The position numbers were made by a program, and so were the translations under genes. Below are positions 36,446-43,019 of a DNA stretch of 64,000 nt, one piece after another. The stretch is from a virus. Within the stretch, counting starts at the first letter, position 1; every line of letters starts with the position of its first letter. The notes under the pieces are model-generated. The model did not search any database. It saw nothing but the letters and a program-made list of their open reading frames with translations, and was not told the origin of the DNA. The stretch lies in the IMG/VR virus record IMGVR_UViG_3300005573_000052. One strand, written 5' to 3'.

Positions 36446-36451
36446 TTTTAC

Positions 36452-36538
36452 GGATCGGTCCCTATAGCAGCGATTAGCCCTGACTCTTAATCAGGTTGGC
36501 GAAAGCCTACGACGTGGGTGCGAGTCCCACCCGGTCCA
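36452..36538 (+). tRNA. tRNA-Lys(CUU) with long variable arm
   Basis: CCTGA-CTCTTAA-TCAGG; GGC-GAAA-GCC arm. Confidence 0.8.
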
Positions 36539-36539
36539 C

Positions 36540-36613
36540 GGTAGAGACAGCAAGAGCTGAGGACGGTTTCATAAGCCGTGCCGAGTAGGTTGCAATTACC
36601 TCCTCTACCACCA
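36540..36613 (+). tRNA. tRNA-Met(CAU)
   Basis: ACGGT-TTCATAA-GCCGT; CCA. Confidence 0.75.
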
Positions 36614-36617
36614 TTTT

Positions 36618-36693
36618 GCTGACCAAGCATAGACAGCGATGCACCACATTGGTAATGTGGATATGATGGGCGCACATCCCATGGTCAGCTCCA
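36618..36693 (+). tRNA. tRNA-Thr(GGU)
   Basis: CCACA-TTGGTAA-TGTGG; T-loop CGCACAT. Confidence 0.85.
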
Positions 36694-36698
36694 TTTTT

Positions 36699-36786
36699 GG
36701 GGTTGTGGCGTAACTGGATAGCCGTGCGAGGTCGAGAGCCTCGTGGTCGTGAGACCGTAGGGGTCCGAGTCCCCTCTTCCCCACCA
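36699..36786 (+). tRNA. tRNA-Leu(GAG)
   Basis: CGAGG-TCGAGAG-CCTCG; variable arm; CCA. Confidence 0.8.
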
Positions 36787-36791
36787 TTTTC

Positions 36792-36866
36792 GGGCGTATG
36801 ACGTAACTGGATAACCGTGCTGAGTTTAGACCTCAGATTTTGCAGGTCCGAGTCCTGCTACGCCTA
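36792..36866 (+). tRNA. tRNA-Leu(UAG) with short variable loop
   Basis: CTGAG-TTTAGAC-CTCAG; variable loop ATTTT. Confidence 0.8.
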
Positions 36867-36867
36867 C

Positions 36868-36942
36868 GGGGTCATCGAATAAGAGTAGTTCACCAGATTC
36901 TCAATCTGGAAATCGGAGTGCGTTGGCTCCGTGGCCCCACCA
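36868..36942 (+). tRNA. tRNA-Glu(CUC)
   Basis: CCAGA-TTCTCAA-TCTGG; CCA. Confidence 0.8.
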
Positions 36943-36947
36943 ATTTA

Positions 36948-37030
36948 CGGCTAGTGGATAAGGGAAACTGGTTACAACCGCGAAACTTAAAATTTCGTAT
37001 CCGCTGTGGGTCCGAATCCCACCTAGCCGA
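36948..37030 (+). tRNA. tRNA-Leu(UAA)
   Basis: CGAAA-CTTAAAA-TTTCG. Confidence 0.8.
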
Positions 37031-37035
37031 CTTTC

Positions 37036-37127
37036 GGGCGTATGGTGTAACAGAAACACGGAGGTCTCAAAAGCCTCTTTTGGGGCTCGCCCCCATATTT
37101 ACGGAGCATTGCCGTATACGCCCACCA
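37036..37127 (+). tRNA. tRNA-Leu(CAA)
   Basis: GAGGT-CTCAAAA-GCCTC; long variable arm; CCA. Confidence 0.82.
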
Positions 37128-37132
37128 TCTTT

Positions 37133-37269
37133 CAGCGGTAGCATATCGGTCAATGCTGTCCTCGCAACATGGGACTAGTCTGCCCAGCCTCCAAAGGCCA
37201 CGGATTAAGGTTGGGCAGAGAGACGCCCGCAAAGAGCGTTGAAGTGGGGTTCAAATCCCCTCACGCTGA
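37133..37269 (+). ncRNA. tRNA-like RNA with ~65-nt two-hairpin insertion
   Basis: CAGCG/CGCTG acceptor, D arm GCAT/ATGC, T arm GGGG-TTCAAAT-CCCC; 8-nt anticodon loop. Confidence 0.55.
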
Positions 37270-37350
37270 ATTCACCTATAGGGTTGACGGGCGGTAGCGC
37301 AGTTTGGCGACACCGGGTCGCTCGCAAACTGCTCCGATACCCTCCTTTTC

Positions 37351-37425
37351 GCGCATGTAGCTCAAAGGAAGAGCAGAGGACTCATAATCCTTTGGTTGAG
37401 ATGTCGGAATTCTCCGTGCGCACCA
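37351..37425 (+). tRNA. tRNA-Ile2/Met(CAU)
   Basis: GAGGA-CTCATAA-TCCTT-TGGT resembles Ile2-type anticodon arms; CCA. Confidence 0.8.
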
Positions 37426-37429
37426 TTTT

Positions 37430-37507
37430 GGTTCCTACTCCTAGATCAGCGAGGACCTCGACTCGTAATCGAGAACTGAGGCGGCTGCGATGCCGCAGGA
37501 ACCTCCA
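37430..37507 (+). tRNA. tRNA-Thr(CGU)
   Basis: CTCGA-CTCGTAA-TCGAG; U73-CCA. Confidence 0.8.
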
Positions 37508-37526
37508 TCTTTTTTTACTTTTTCAC

Positions 37527-37556
37527 TTGACACCGGCCACCCAATCGGGCTATGGT
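37527..37556 (+). promoter_or_regulatory. sigma70-type promoter of the Y RNA-Ro60 unit
   Basis: TTGACA-N18-TATGGT after a T-rich tract. Confidence 0.7.
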
Positions 37557-37584
37557 ATCCGTGTTCATTCTCACTTTCCCTTTT

Positions 37585-37661
37585 GCCGTGGTGCCAGACG
37601 ACCAGTTCCTCGCTGTAATCGACCGGACGAAAGTCCACTCTGGTCGTCGCCTGTTCCCGGC
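37585..37661 (+). ncRNA. Y-RNA-like RNA A
   Basis: GCCG/CGGC and CGACCAG/CTGGTCG stems; TGGTG...TCGCCTGTTCC motif shared with B and C. Confidence 0.7.
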
Positions 37662-37670
37662 AGTTATTTT

Positions 37671-37758
37671 TCTGCGATGGCGTCAGATGACGGTTACTTC
37701 TTCAATCCATAACTGAATCGCCCGCAAGGGCTAACCGTTCTCGCTTGTTCCTCGCAGA
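37671..37758 (+). ncRNA. Y-RNA-like RNA B
   Basis: TCTGCGA/TCGCAGA and ACGGTTA/TAACCGT stems; TGGCG...TCGCTTGTTCC. Confidence 0.7.
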
Positions 37759-37775
37759 TTCTCTTTCTCACTTTT

Positions 37776-37919
37776 GGAGTGGCGTAGAGCTAACCAGTTC
37801 CTCGAATACGGATCGAGAGGTCGGGGTTCAAATCCCCGGTGTCGCTTCGGCGACACTAGTGTAACGGTAGCACGCTTAGTGGTCGCAAGGCCACGCTCTG
37901 GTGCTCGCTTGTTCCCTCC
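37776..37919 (+). ncRNA. YrlA-like Y RNA C with permuted tRNA domain
   Basis: T arm, 7-bp acceptor-like stem capped by cUUCGg, D arm; shared motif; directly upstream of the TROVE gene. Confidence 0.85.
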
Positions 37920-37973
37920 AAATTCATTTCCTCGTTGCGCAGCAATTACGCCGCCGACGATGGCACTAGACCC

Positions 37974-39293
37974 ATGAAGACCAATACAAAATCCCCCCGC
38001 GCCAAAGTGTTTACCCACGAAGGTGCTCCCGCTGCCCACGCCACCGCCAAGCAGCAACTCCGCCGCTCCGTCATGTCCTGCATGCTCTGGGAGTCGGAAT
38101 TCCATGAAAGCGGCGAAGATATCGCCCAGCGAATCGCCTCGCTCGTTGCCAAGTGCAAACCTGAGGACGTGGCACTGATCGCTCGCGAAGCCCGCGAACA
38201 GATGAAACTGCGACATGTCCCGCTGCTCCTCGTGCGTGAAATGGCCCGCCTGCCTTCTCACCGCCCTTACGTGGCCGACACGCTTAACGCCGTCATCCAG
38301 CGCGCCGACGAACTCTCCGAGTTTCTGGCTATCTACTGGAAGTCGGGCAAAGACCAGCCTCTCGCCGCTCAGGTCAAAAAGGGACTGGCTCGGGCCTTCA
38401 CCCGATTCGATGAGTATGCCCTGAGCAAATATGACCGCGCCGGTGATGTCAAACTGCGGGATGCTCTCTTCCTCTGTCATGCCAAGCCGCAGGACAAGAA
38501 GCAAGAACGCCTGTGGAAACGACTCGTCAATGGCGAATTGAAGCCTGCCGGAACTTGGGAAGAGCAGCTTTCCGCCGGTAAGGACAAAAAGGCAGTGTTC
38601 ACCAAGTTGATCAAAGACGGTGAACTGGGCGCTCTCGCCCTGCTCCGCAACCTGCGCGGCATGACCGAGGCGGGAGTTAGCCACGAAATCATCACCCAAG
38701 CATTGGCTGGCATGAAAACCGAGCGGGTTCTCCCGTTTCGCTTCATCTCTGCCGCACGCTACGCCCCCCAGTTCGAGGCCGAATTGGAACAGGCGATGTT
38801 CAAGTGTCTTGAGGGAGTGGACAAGCTGAAGGGCTACACCATTCTGCTTGTGGACGTGTCGGGCTCCATGGATTCACCGATCAGCGCCAAGTCTGACCTG
38901 ACGCGTATCGACGCTGCTTGCGGACTCGCCATCCTATTGCGCGAAATCTGCGAACGGGTGGATATCTGCACGTTCTCCAGCGGGATAGTCGGAGTCCCTC
39001 CTCGCCGAGGATTCGCGCTGCGGGATGCCATCAAGAACTCGCAGCCCCATGCAAGCACCGATCTAGGTAGAGCACTCGATACCCTCAAGTATGGAACGGG
39101 TAAAGATCGCATCGTCGTCATCACGGACGAACAGTCCCATACGGCGGTTAATTCCCCCAAGACCACGGGTTACATGCTCAACGTCGCTTCAGCGGCAAAC
39201 GGAGTGGGTTACGGGGCCTGGAACCATATCGACGGTTGGAGTGAGAGTTGTGTGAAATTCGTGGCCGAGCTGGAGAAGCAAAGCGCCGATTGA
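37974..39293 (+). CDS. rsr: Ro60/Rsr TROVE-domain RNA-binding protein with vWA domain
   Basis: FTHEGAPA, KLRHVPL, IQRADE, FDEYALSKY, TWE, LALLRNLR, LPFRF, LVDVSGSM (MIDAS), VITDEQ. Confidence 0.95.
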   Translation: MKTNTKSPRAKVFTHEGAPAAHATAKQQLRRSVMSCMLWESEFHESGEDIAQRIASLVAKCKPEDVALIAREAREQMKLRHVPLLLVREMARLPSHRPYVADTLNAVIQRADELSEFLAIYWKSGKDQPLAAQVKKGLARAFTRFDEYALSKYDRAGDVKLRDALFLCHAKPQDKKQERLWKRLVNGELKPAGTWEEQLSAGKDKKAVFTKLIKDGELGALALLRNLRGMTEAGVSHEIITQALAGMKTERVLPFRFISAARYAPQFEAELEQAMFKCLEGVDKLKGYTILLVDVSGSMDSPISAKSDLTRIDAACGLAILLREICERVDICTFSSGIVGVPPRRGFALRDAIKNSQPHASTDLGRALDTLKYGTGKDRIVVITDEQSHTAVNSPKTTGYMLNVASAANGVGYGAWNHIDGWSESCVKFVAELEKQSAD

Positions 39294-39316
39294 CCGGGCT
39301 GAAAGGTCAAGTTTAC

Positions 39317-39349
39317 AGAGGGGGCGAACAAGCCTCCTCTTTCTTTTTT
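39317..39349 (+). terminator. intrinsic terminator
   Basis: AGAGGGGG/CCTCCTCT stem plus T tract after rsr. Confidence 0.65.
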
Positions 39350-39351
39350 AC

Positions 39352-39427
39352 GGCTCGTTGCCTCAGTGTTCACAGGAGTGCCTTTGTAGCGCACCATTCG
39401 GCGGTTAAAATCCGCCACGAGCCTCCA
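39352..39427 (+). tRNA. tRNA-Thr(UGU)
   Basis: loop TTTGTAG; GGCTCGT/ACGAGCC; U73-CCA. Confidence 0.75.
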
Positions 39428-39434
39428 TTTTCAC

Positions 39435-39596
39435 GCCCTAGTAGCTCAGGCCCTACCAAATATCGGGTATCAGAAGAGCGCGCTCATTAGTTGGTCACCC
39501 AAGCGAACGGCACTTAGTGAACTCATCAATTGAGGGTTTGCGATGCTGCCGTTCGACAAGCGAGGTCGTCGGTGCCAAATCCGACCTAGGGCTCCA
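39435..39596 (+). tRNA. tRNA with ~65-nt insertion in the anticodon loop and a hairpin in the D loop
   Basis: perfect GCCCTAG/CTAGGGC, GCTC/GAGC D stem, CGCTC/AAGCG, AGGTC, T arm, CCA. Confidence 0.65.
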
Positions 39597-39602
39597 TTTC
39601 AT

Positions 39603-39681
39603 GGTGACAAAGGCAGAAGTAACTCAAAGCGCGGCCCTGTGAAGGCCGTTTAAGCGGGTGTGAGACCCGTTTGTCACCCCA
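39603..39681 (+). tRNA. tRNA-His(GUG)
   Basis: 8-bp acceptor with G-1:C73; CGGCC-CTGTGAA-GGCCG. Confidence 0.88.
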
Positions 39682-39687
39682 ATTCAC

Positions 39688-39764
39688 GCGACACTCGGCA
39701 ACCGAATAGTCACCCTGCTTGCGGAGCAGAATCAGTCCCAGTTTGAATCTGGGGTGTCGCACCA
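39688..39764 (+). tRNA. tRNA-Arg(GCG)
   Basis: CTGC-TTGCGGA-GCAG; CCA. Confidence 0.78.
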
Positions 39765-39772
39765 TTTTTCAT

Positions 39773-39855
39773 GCGAGCGTAGCCGAAGGGAGCTTCTATC
39801 TCCTTCCCCGTAACCGGAGCTGCAAATGGAGGTTCGACTCCTCTCGCTCGTGCCA
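39773..39855 (+). tRNA. arm-swapped tRNA-Arg(UCU)-like
   Basis: anticodon hairpin (loop CTTCTAT) precedes D-like arm (loop AACCGGA); canonical T arm; G73-CCA. Confidence 0.65.
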
Positions 39856-39859
39856 TTTC

Positions 39860-39935
39860 GCGCTGGTCGGCAATGTATAGTCAACCTCGTTTCGACCGAG
39901 AATCAGTGTGGGTTAGAGTCTCACCCGGCGCACCA
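39860..39935 (+). tRNA. tRNA-Arg(UCG)
   Basis: CTCG-TTTCGAC-CGAG; CCA. Confidence 0.8.
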
Positions 39936-39941
39936 TTTCAC

Positions 39942-40022
39942 GCGAACGTATCCCCTCGGTTTCCTAAACCGGCGAAAGGGTAATCGGAATCCATGGAGGA
40001 TCGTCCCCTCTCGTTCGCACCA
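39942..40022 (+). tRNA. arm-swapped tRNA-Arg(CCU)-like
   Basis: TCGGT-TTCCTAA-ACCGG precedes GGGT-AATCGGA-ATCC; A73-CCA. Confidence 0.7.
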
Positions 40023-40099
40023 CTTGAACCCCATGAAGGTTCCACCCGGCGAGCCTCGGACAGAGCGGTTACAGGCCGAATCACAGCGTTAATTTTTAC

Positions 40100-40189
40100 G
40101 GAGAGGTGGCAGAGTGGCCTATTGCACTGAGCTTGAAACTCAGAACAGAGTAATATCTGTCGCGAGTCCGAATCTCGCTCTCTCCTCCA
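40100..40189 (+). tRNA. tRNA-Ser(UGA)
   Basis: CTGAG-CTTGAAA-CTCAG; long variable arm; CCA. Confidence 0.9.
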
Positions 40190-40193
40190 TCTT

Positions 40194-40283
40194 AGAGAGC
40201 CAACTGAACGAGGTTCAGGACTGCTTGGAAAGCAGCTCGGGCCGCGCAAGCGACCTACGGGGCAGCACCGTGACTCTCTGCCA
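40194..40283 (+). tRNA. tRNA-Ser(GGA)
   Basis: CTGC-TTGGAAA-GCAG; G73-CCA. Confidence 0.82.
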
Positions 40284-41409
40284 TTTTCACCGGTCGTCCA
40301 CGTCTCCCTCGAAAAGTCGAAGACAACAATCCAAATCGTATCATCGCGTCACGTGTTACCTCGTGATTAAATCCAATGGCTAATCCAGCCTGTCGAAGAG
40401 ACCCTTTCGTTTTAAACACTTCGTAAGCTAATTGTGCCTGCTCGGCTGTTGGACGATGAAGTGGTTTACGAATGCGTTTTTGGCTCACGAGAGCCTGTTC
40501 ATGAGTATATCCCGCATGGCGTCGAACCCAATAACCTATAGGAGGTAACGCAACTCCGTATCGCTTGGCCCAACGACGAACCGAGTTACCGTTTACGCCA
40601 TAATCCTTGGCTATGTTCTCTATGGACTTACTCCACACAAGGATGGTCAACTCTTCCTTGGAAGGCCACACTACCTTACGGGAGGCCACTGCGGCAGCAG
40701 CTCGATTGCCATATATGGGCTTGTCCAGAGAACGCAAATATTCTTTCGCCTCGGGAGTCATAGCCCTAACGGATCGTTCTTTGGGGGATATCCGTATGTG
40801 CACGTCACCGAGGTCTCGCGACGTATCCGGTTCGTCTGTAGACCGAAAAACCAACCCCTCTTTGGCCATGATTCCATGAATGGTGTCGTAATTACGACCC
40901 TTAGGGGCCAAACCCAATCGCCGACACACATCACTCGGACTAGTGCATTGGGGGATTGCCTCAATATACATCTGGCGAGATACCTTGACTGTTCGTTTAC
41001 GCGTGGCGGCCCCCTTGTGATTAGGGGCTAATCCATGACAATTTCGACAAAGAACCTGAAGATTCTTTAACTCGTTATTATTATGGTTACCGTCTACGTG
41101 ATGTAACTCTATCGGTATCGGCTCTCCCTGCCATCTGTCATTACCGCATCTCTCACAGACAGGACTTTTAAGACCCTCTCGAAAAAGACGCTTCTTCAAA
41201 TTATCGCTCGCGAGAGGATACTGATTAGATAGGTAAACCTCGATAGGGCGTCCACTGTAAGGGGGCCAGTGAGACGTGTCAATCTGATTCTCGGCAAGGA
41301 GTCGTCTAATACGTTTTTTGTCTCCTCCTCCAAGAAGACGCAAAAGCATATTGCAGGAGGTTGATTCGGCGGCAAGTTGACGTAGTTGGTCGATATTAAG
41401 GGTAGTCAT
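40255..41409 (-). CDS. HNH homing endonuclease, antisense to the tRNA island
   Basis: CERC...IELHHVDGNHNNNELKNLQVLCRNCH; shares WPSKE..VW.K..PP.G.W with 32710. Confidence 0.85.
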   Translation of the reverse strand: MTTLNIDQLRQLAAESTSCNMLLRLLGGGDKKRIRRLLAENQIDTSHWPPYSGRPIEVYLSNQYPLASDNLKKRLFREGLKSPVCERCGNDRWQGEPIPIELHHVDGNHNNNELKNLQVLCRNCHGLAPNHKGAATRKRTVKVSRQMYIEAIPQCTSPSDVCRRLGLAPKGRNYDTIHGIMAKEGLVFRSTDEPDTSRDLGDVHIRISPKERSVRAMTPEAKEYLRSLDKPIYGNRAAAAVASRKVVWPSKEELTILVWSKSIENIAKDYGVNGNSVRRWAKRYGVALPPIGYWVRRHAGYTHEQALVSQKRIRKPLHRPTAEQAQLAYEVFKTKGSLRQAGLAIGFNHEVTRDAMIRFGLLSSTFRGRRGRPVKMAESHGAAP

Positions 41410-41475
41410 GTTCACCCTAGATACACCGCTGAAGACCCGGTTTGTGTGCAATTCTCCACTTTCCGCCATTTTTAC

Positions 41476-41565
41476 GGTAGGTGAATCCGTGCAGGTCACG
41501 GAGCGGCCCTCGAAAAGCCTGCGCGCCCGCAAGGACGTTTTCTGCGACTGAAACGCCTACCGCCA
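41476..41565 (+). tRNA. tRNA-Ser(CGA)
   Basis: loop CTCGAAA; variable arm; G73-CCA. Confidence 0.72.
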
Positions 41566-41566
41566 C

Positions 41567-41654
41567 GGTAGATAAACTCGGGAAGCCCGGGCGCGCATTG
41601 CTAATGCGATGGACGGCGAAAGCCGTTGAGGACCATGACCTCTGTCTACCGCCA
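41567..41654 (+). tRNA. tRNA-Ser(GCU)
   Basis: CGCA-TTGCTAA-TGCG; GACGGC-GAAA-GCCGTT arm; G73-CCA. Confidence 0.85.
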
Positions 41655-41741
41655 TTTTGCCCTTGACATTCGCTCCCCTATCACACGAAATCCTACTCCT
41701 GTTCCTCTCCCCATATCCACTTCACCCCCCTATCACCAATC

Positions 41742-42365
41742 ATGAGCACCATCCTCGACAAGCAGATTTGCCTCAAGCTAAACAAGAACTGGCAAGGCGT
41801 AGGCTTTGTCACGATAAAACAAGCTGTCACCTTCCTCTGCTCGGAGCAGGACGGCGAGCATCCCGGTTTCGCGCTCGATATCGAGATGGTCACAAATGAG
41901 AACGGCGAATCGGTCCTGTCCTACGCCAACCCGACCAAGTGGGAGGACTGGCTGAAGCTTCCCGTGCGCGAGTCCGACCTTGCTATCACGACTGGTCGCG
42001 GGCAAATTCGCGCTCCGCTGGTAGTTGTCTGTGCCAACTATGCCAAGGTTCCGACCCGCACCACGCGCTGGTCCACGGGCAATGTCCATCGCCGCGACAA
42101 TTACACCTGCGCCTACACGGGCGAGAAGCTCAGTCACGCAACCGCCACGGTTGACCATATCCAGCCCCGTTCACGCGGCGGCAAGGACGCGTGGGAAAAT
42201 ACCGTGTCGTGTCACAAGCGCGTCAACCTGCTCAAGGCCGACCGCACGCCCGAGGAAGCCGGACTGAAACTGCTCGTCAAGCCCAAGGCTCCGCCCATCA
42301 TGCCCGTGGTCATCACGGCGGATGAGGCGCGGCACGAGGCGCAGCGACACTTCCTGATTAACTAG
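41742..42365 (+). CDS. HNH endonuclease (McrA-like)
   Basis: RDNYTCAYTG...TVDHIQPRSRGGKDAWENTVSCHKRVN. Confidence 0.88.
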   Translation: MSTILDKQICLKLNKNWQGVGFVTIKQAVTFLCSEQDGEHPGFALDIEMVTNENGESVLSYANPTKWEDWLKLPVRESDLAITTGRGQIRAPLVVVCANYAKVPTRTTRWSTGNVHRRDNYTCAYTGEKLSHATATVDHIQPRSRGGKDAWENTVSCHKRVNLLKADRTPEEAGLKLLVKPKAPPIMPVVITADEARHEAQRHFLIN

Positions 42366-42376
42366 CCCAGCCCATC

Positions 42377-42412
42377 AATCCCTCTGACCTTAACCGGCGG
42401 AGGGATTTTTTT
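42377..42412 (+). terminator. intrinsic terminator
   Basis: AATCCCTC/GAGGGATT stem plus T tract. Confidence 0.65.
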
Positions 42413-43004
42413 GTTGACATCGTATGACCAATTTGTCTATCATGAAGTAAACGTGACCCAACTGACCTTCAACCAAGTTCTTCATCGAGAGTATTTGGGC
42501 TCGCCCGTCTGGAAAGCAAAACGAGAAGAGGCCATAAATCATTATGGGCCAGTCTGTTCTCGATGCAAAGAATACGGAACAGACGTTCATCATAAAACTT
42601 ACATTCGGTGGGGTGGCAATGAATTAATGGAAGACCTTGAAATCATGTGTCGTGAGTGCCACGACGCGCATCATCGGGTAGAAAAGGCAACCCGACAAAA
42701 GAAAATCAAGAAAAAAGGTCTACGCAGAGAAGCTATCTACCGATACCTGTCTCCAAGCCAAAAGAAAATCCTAATTGACAGGTTCTCTCTGTCTGGAGAT
42801 AAGGACCTCTACGGAAGAATTGTTTTAAGTAACTCCTTGCCAATAATTAACGAAGCGTTGAAAATTCTTGGTTGTGATTACGCCTATGGACCAAAACAAA
42901 TTTTCAGACCTCCTGTAAGCAAAAAAGAAAGAGAAAAAAATCTTCAACGGGTAAAAAGACAAGAGGAGGCTTACAAACTCGCAATCTCAGGTAAATTACC
43001 GTAA
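42411..43004 (+). CDS. HNH endonuclease (true start probably GTG ~42453)
   Basis: CSRC...VHHKTY...NE...LEIMCRECH; TTGACA-N18-TATCAT at 42414-42443. Confidence 0.75.
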   Translation: MLTSYDQFVYHEVNVTQLTFNQVLHREYLGSPVWKAKREEAINHYGPVCSRCKEYGTDVHHKTYIRWGGNELMEDLEIMCRECHDAHHRVEKATRQKKIKKKGLRREAIYRYLSPSQKKILIDRFSLSGDKDLYGRIVLSNSLPIINEALKILGCDYAYGPKQIFRPPVSKKEREKNLQRVKRQEEAYKLAISGKLP

Positions 43005-43019
43005 CAATCTACAATCTCA

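Noticed and set aside
37280-37345. Hairpin with TTGAC and TCCGA strands resembling an inverted Ro-binding helix
   Set aside because: The strand order is reversed, pairing is imperfect, and it lacks the motif shared by RNAs A-C. It is kept only as an unassigned hairpin.
32232-40383. ORF-track proteins across the tRNA island, and long antisense ORFs elsewhere (e.g. 37731..38699, 18048..18995)
   Set aside because: They overlap tRNAs or well-supported genes on the other strand and show no protein motifs.
41430-41468. Orphan tRNA 3' end (..CTTTCCGCCA-TTTT) beside the antisense HNH
   Set aside because: No matching 5' acceptor strand. It may be an insertion scar but cannot be supported.
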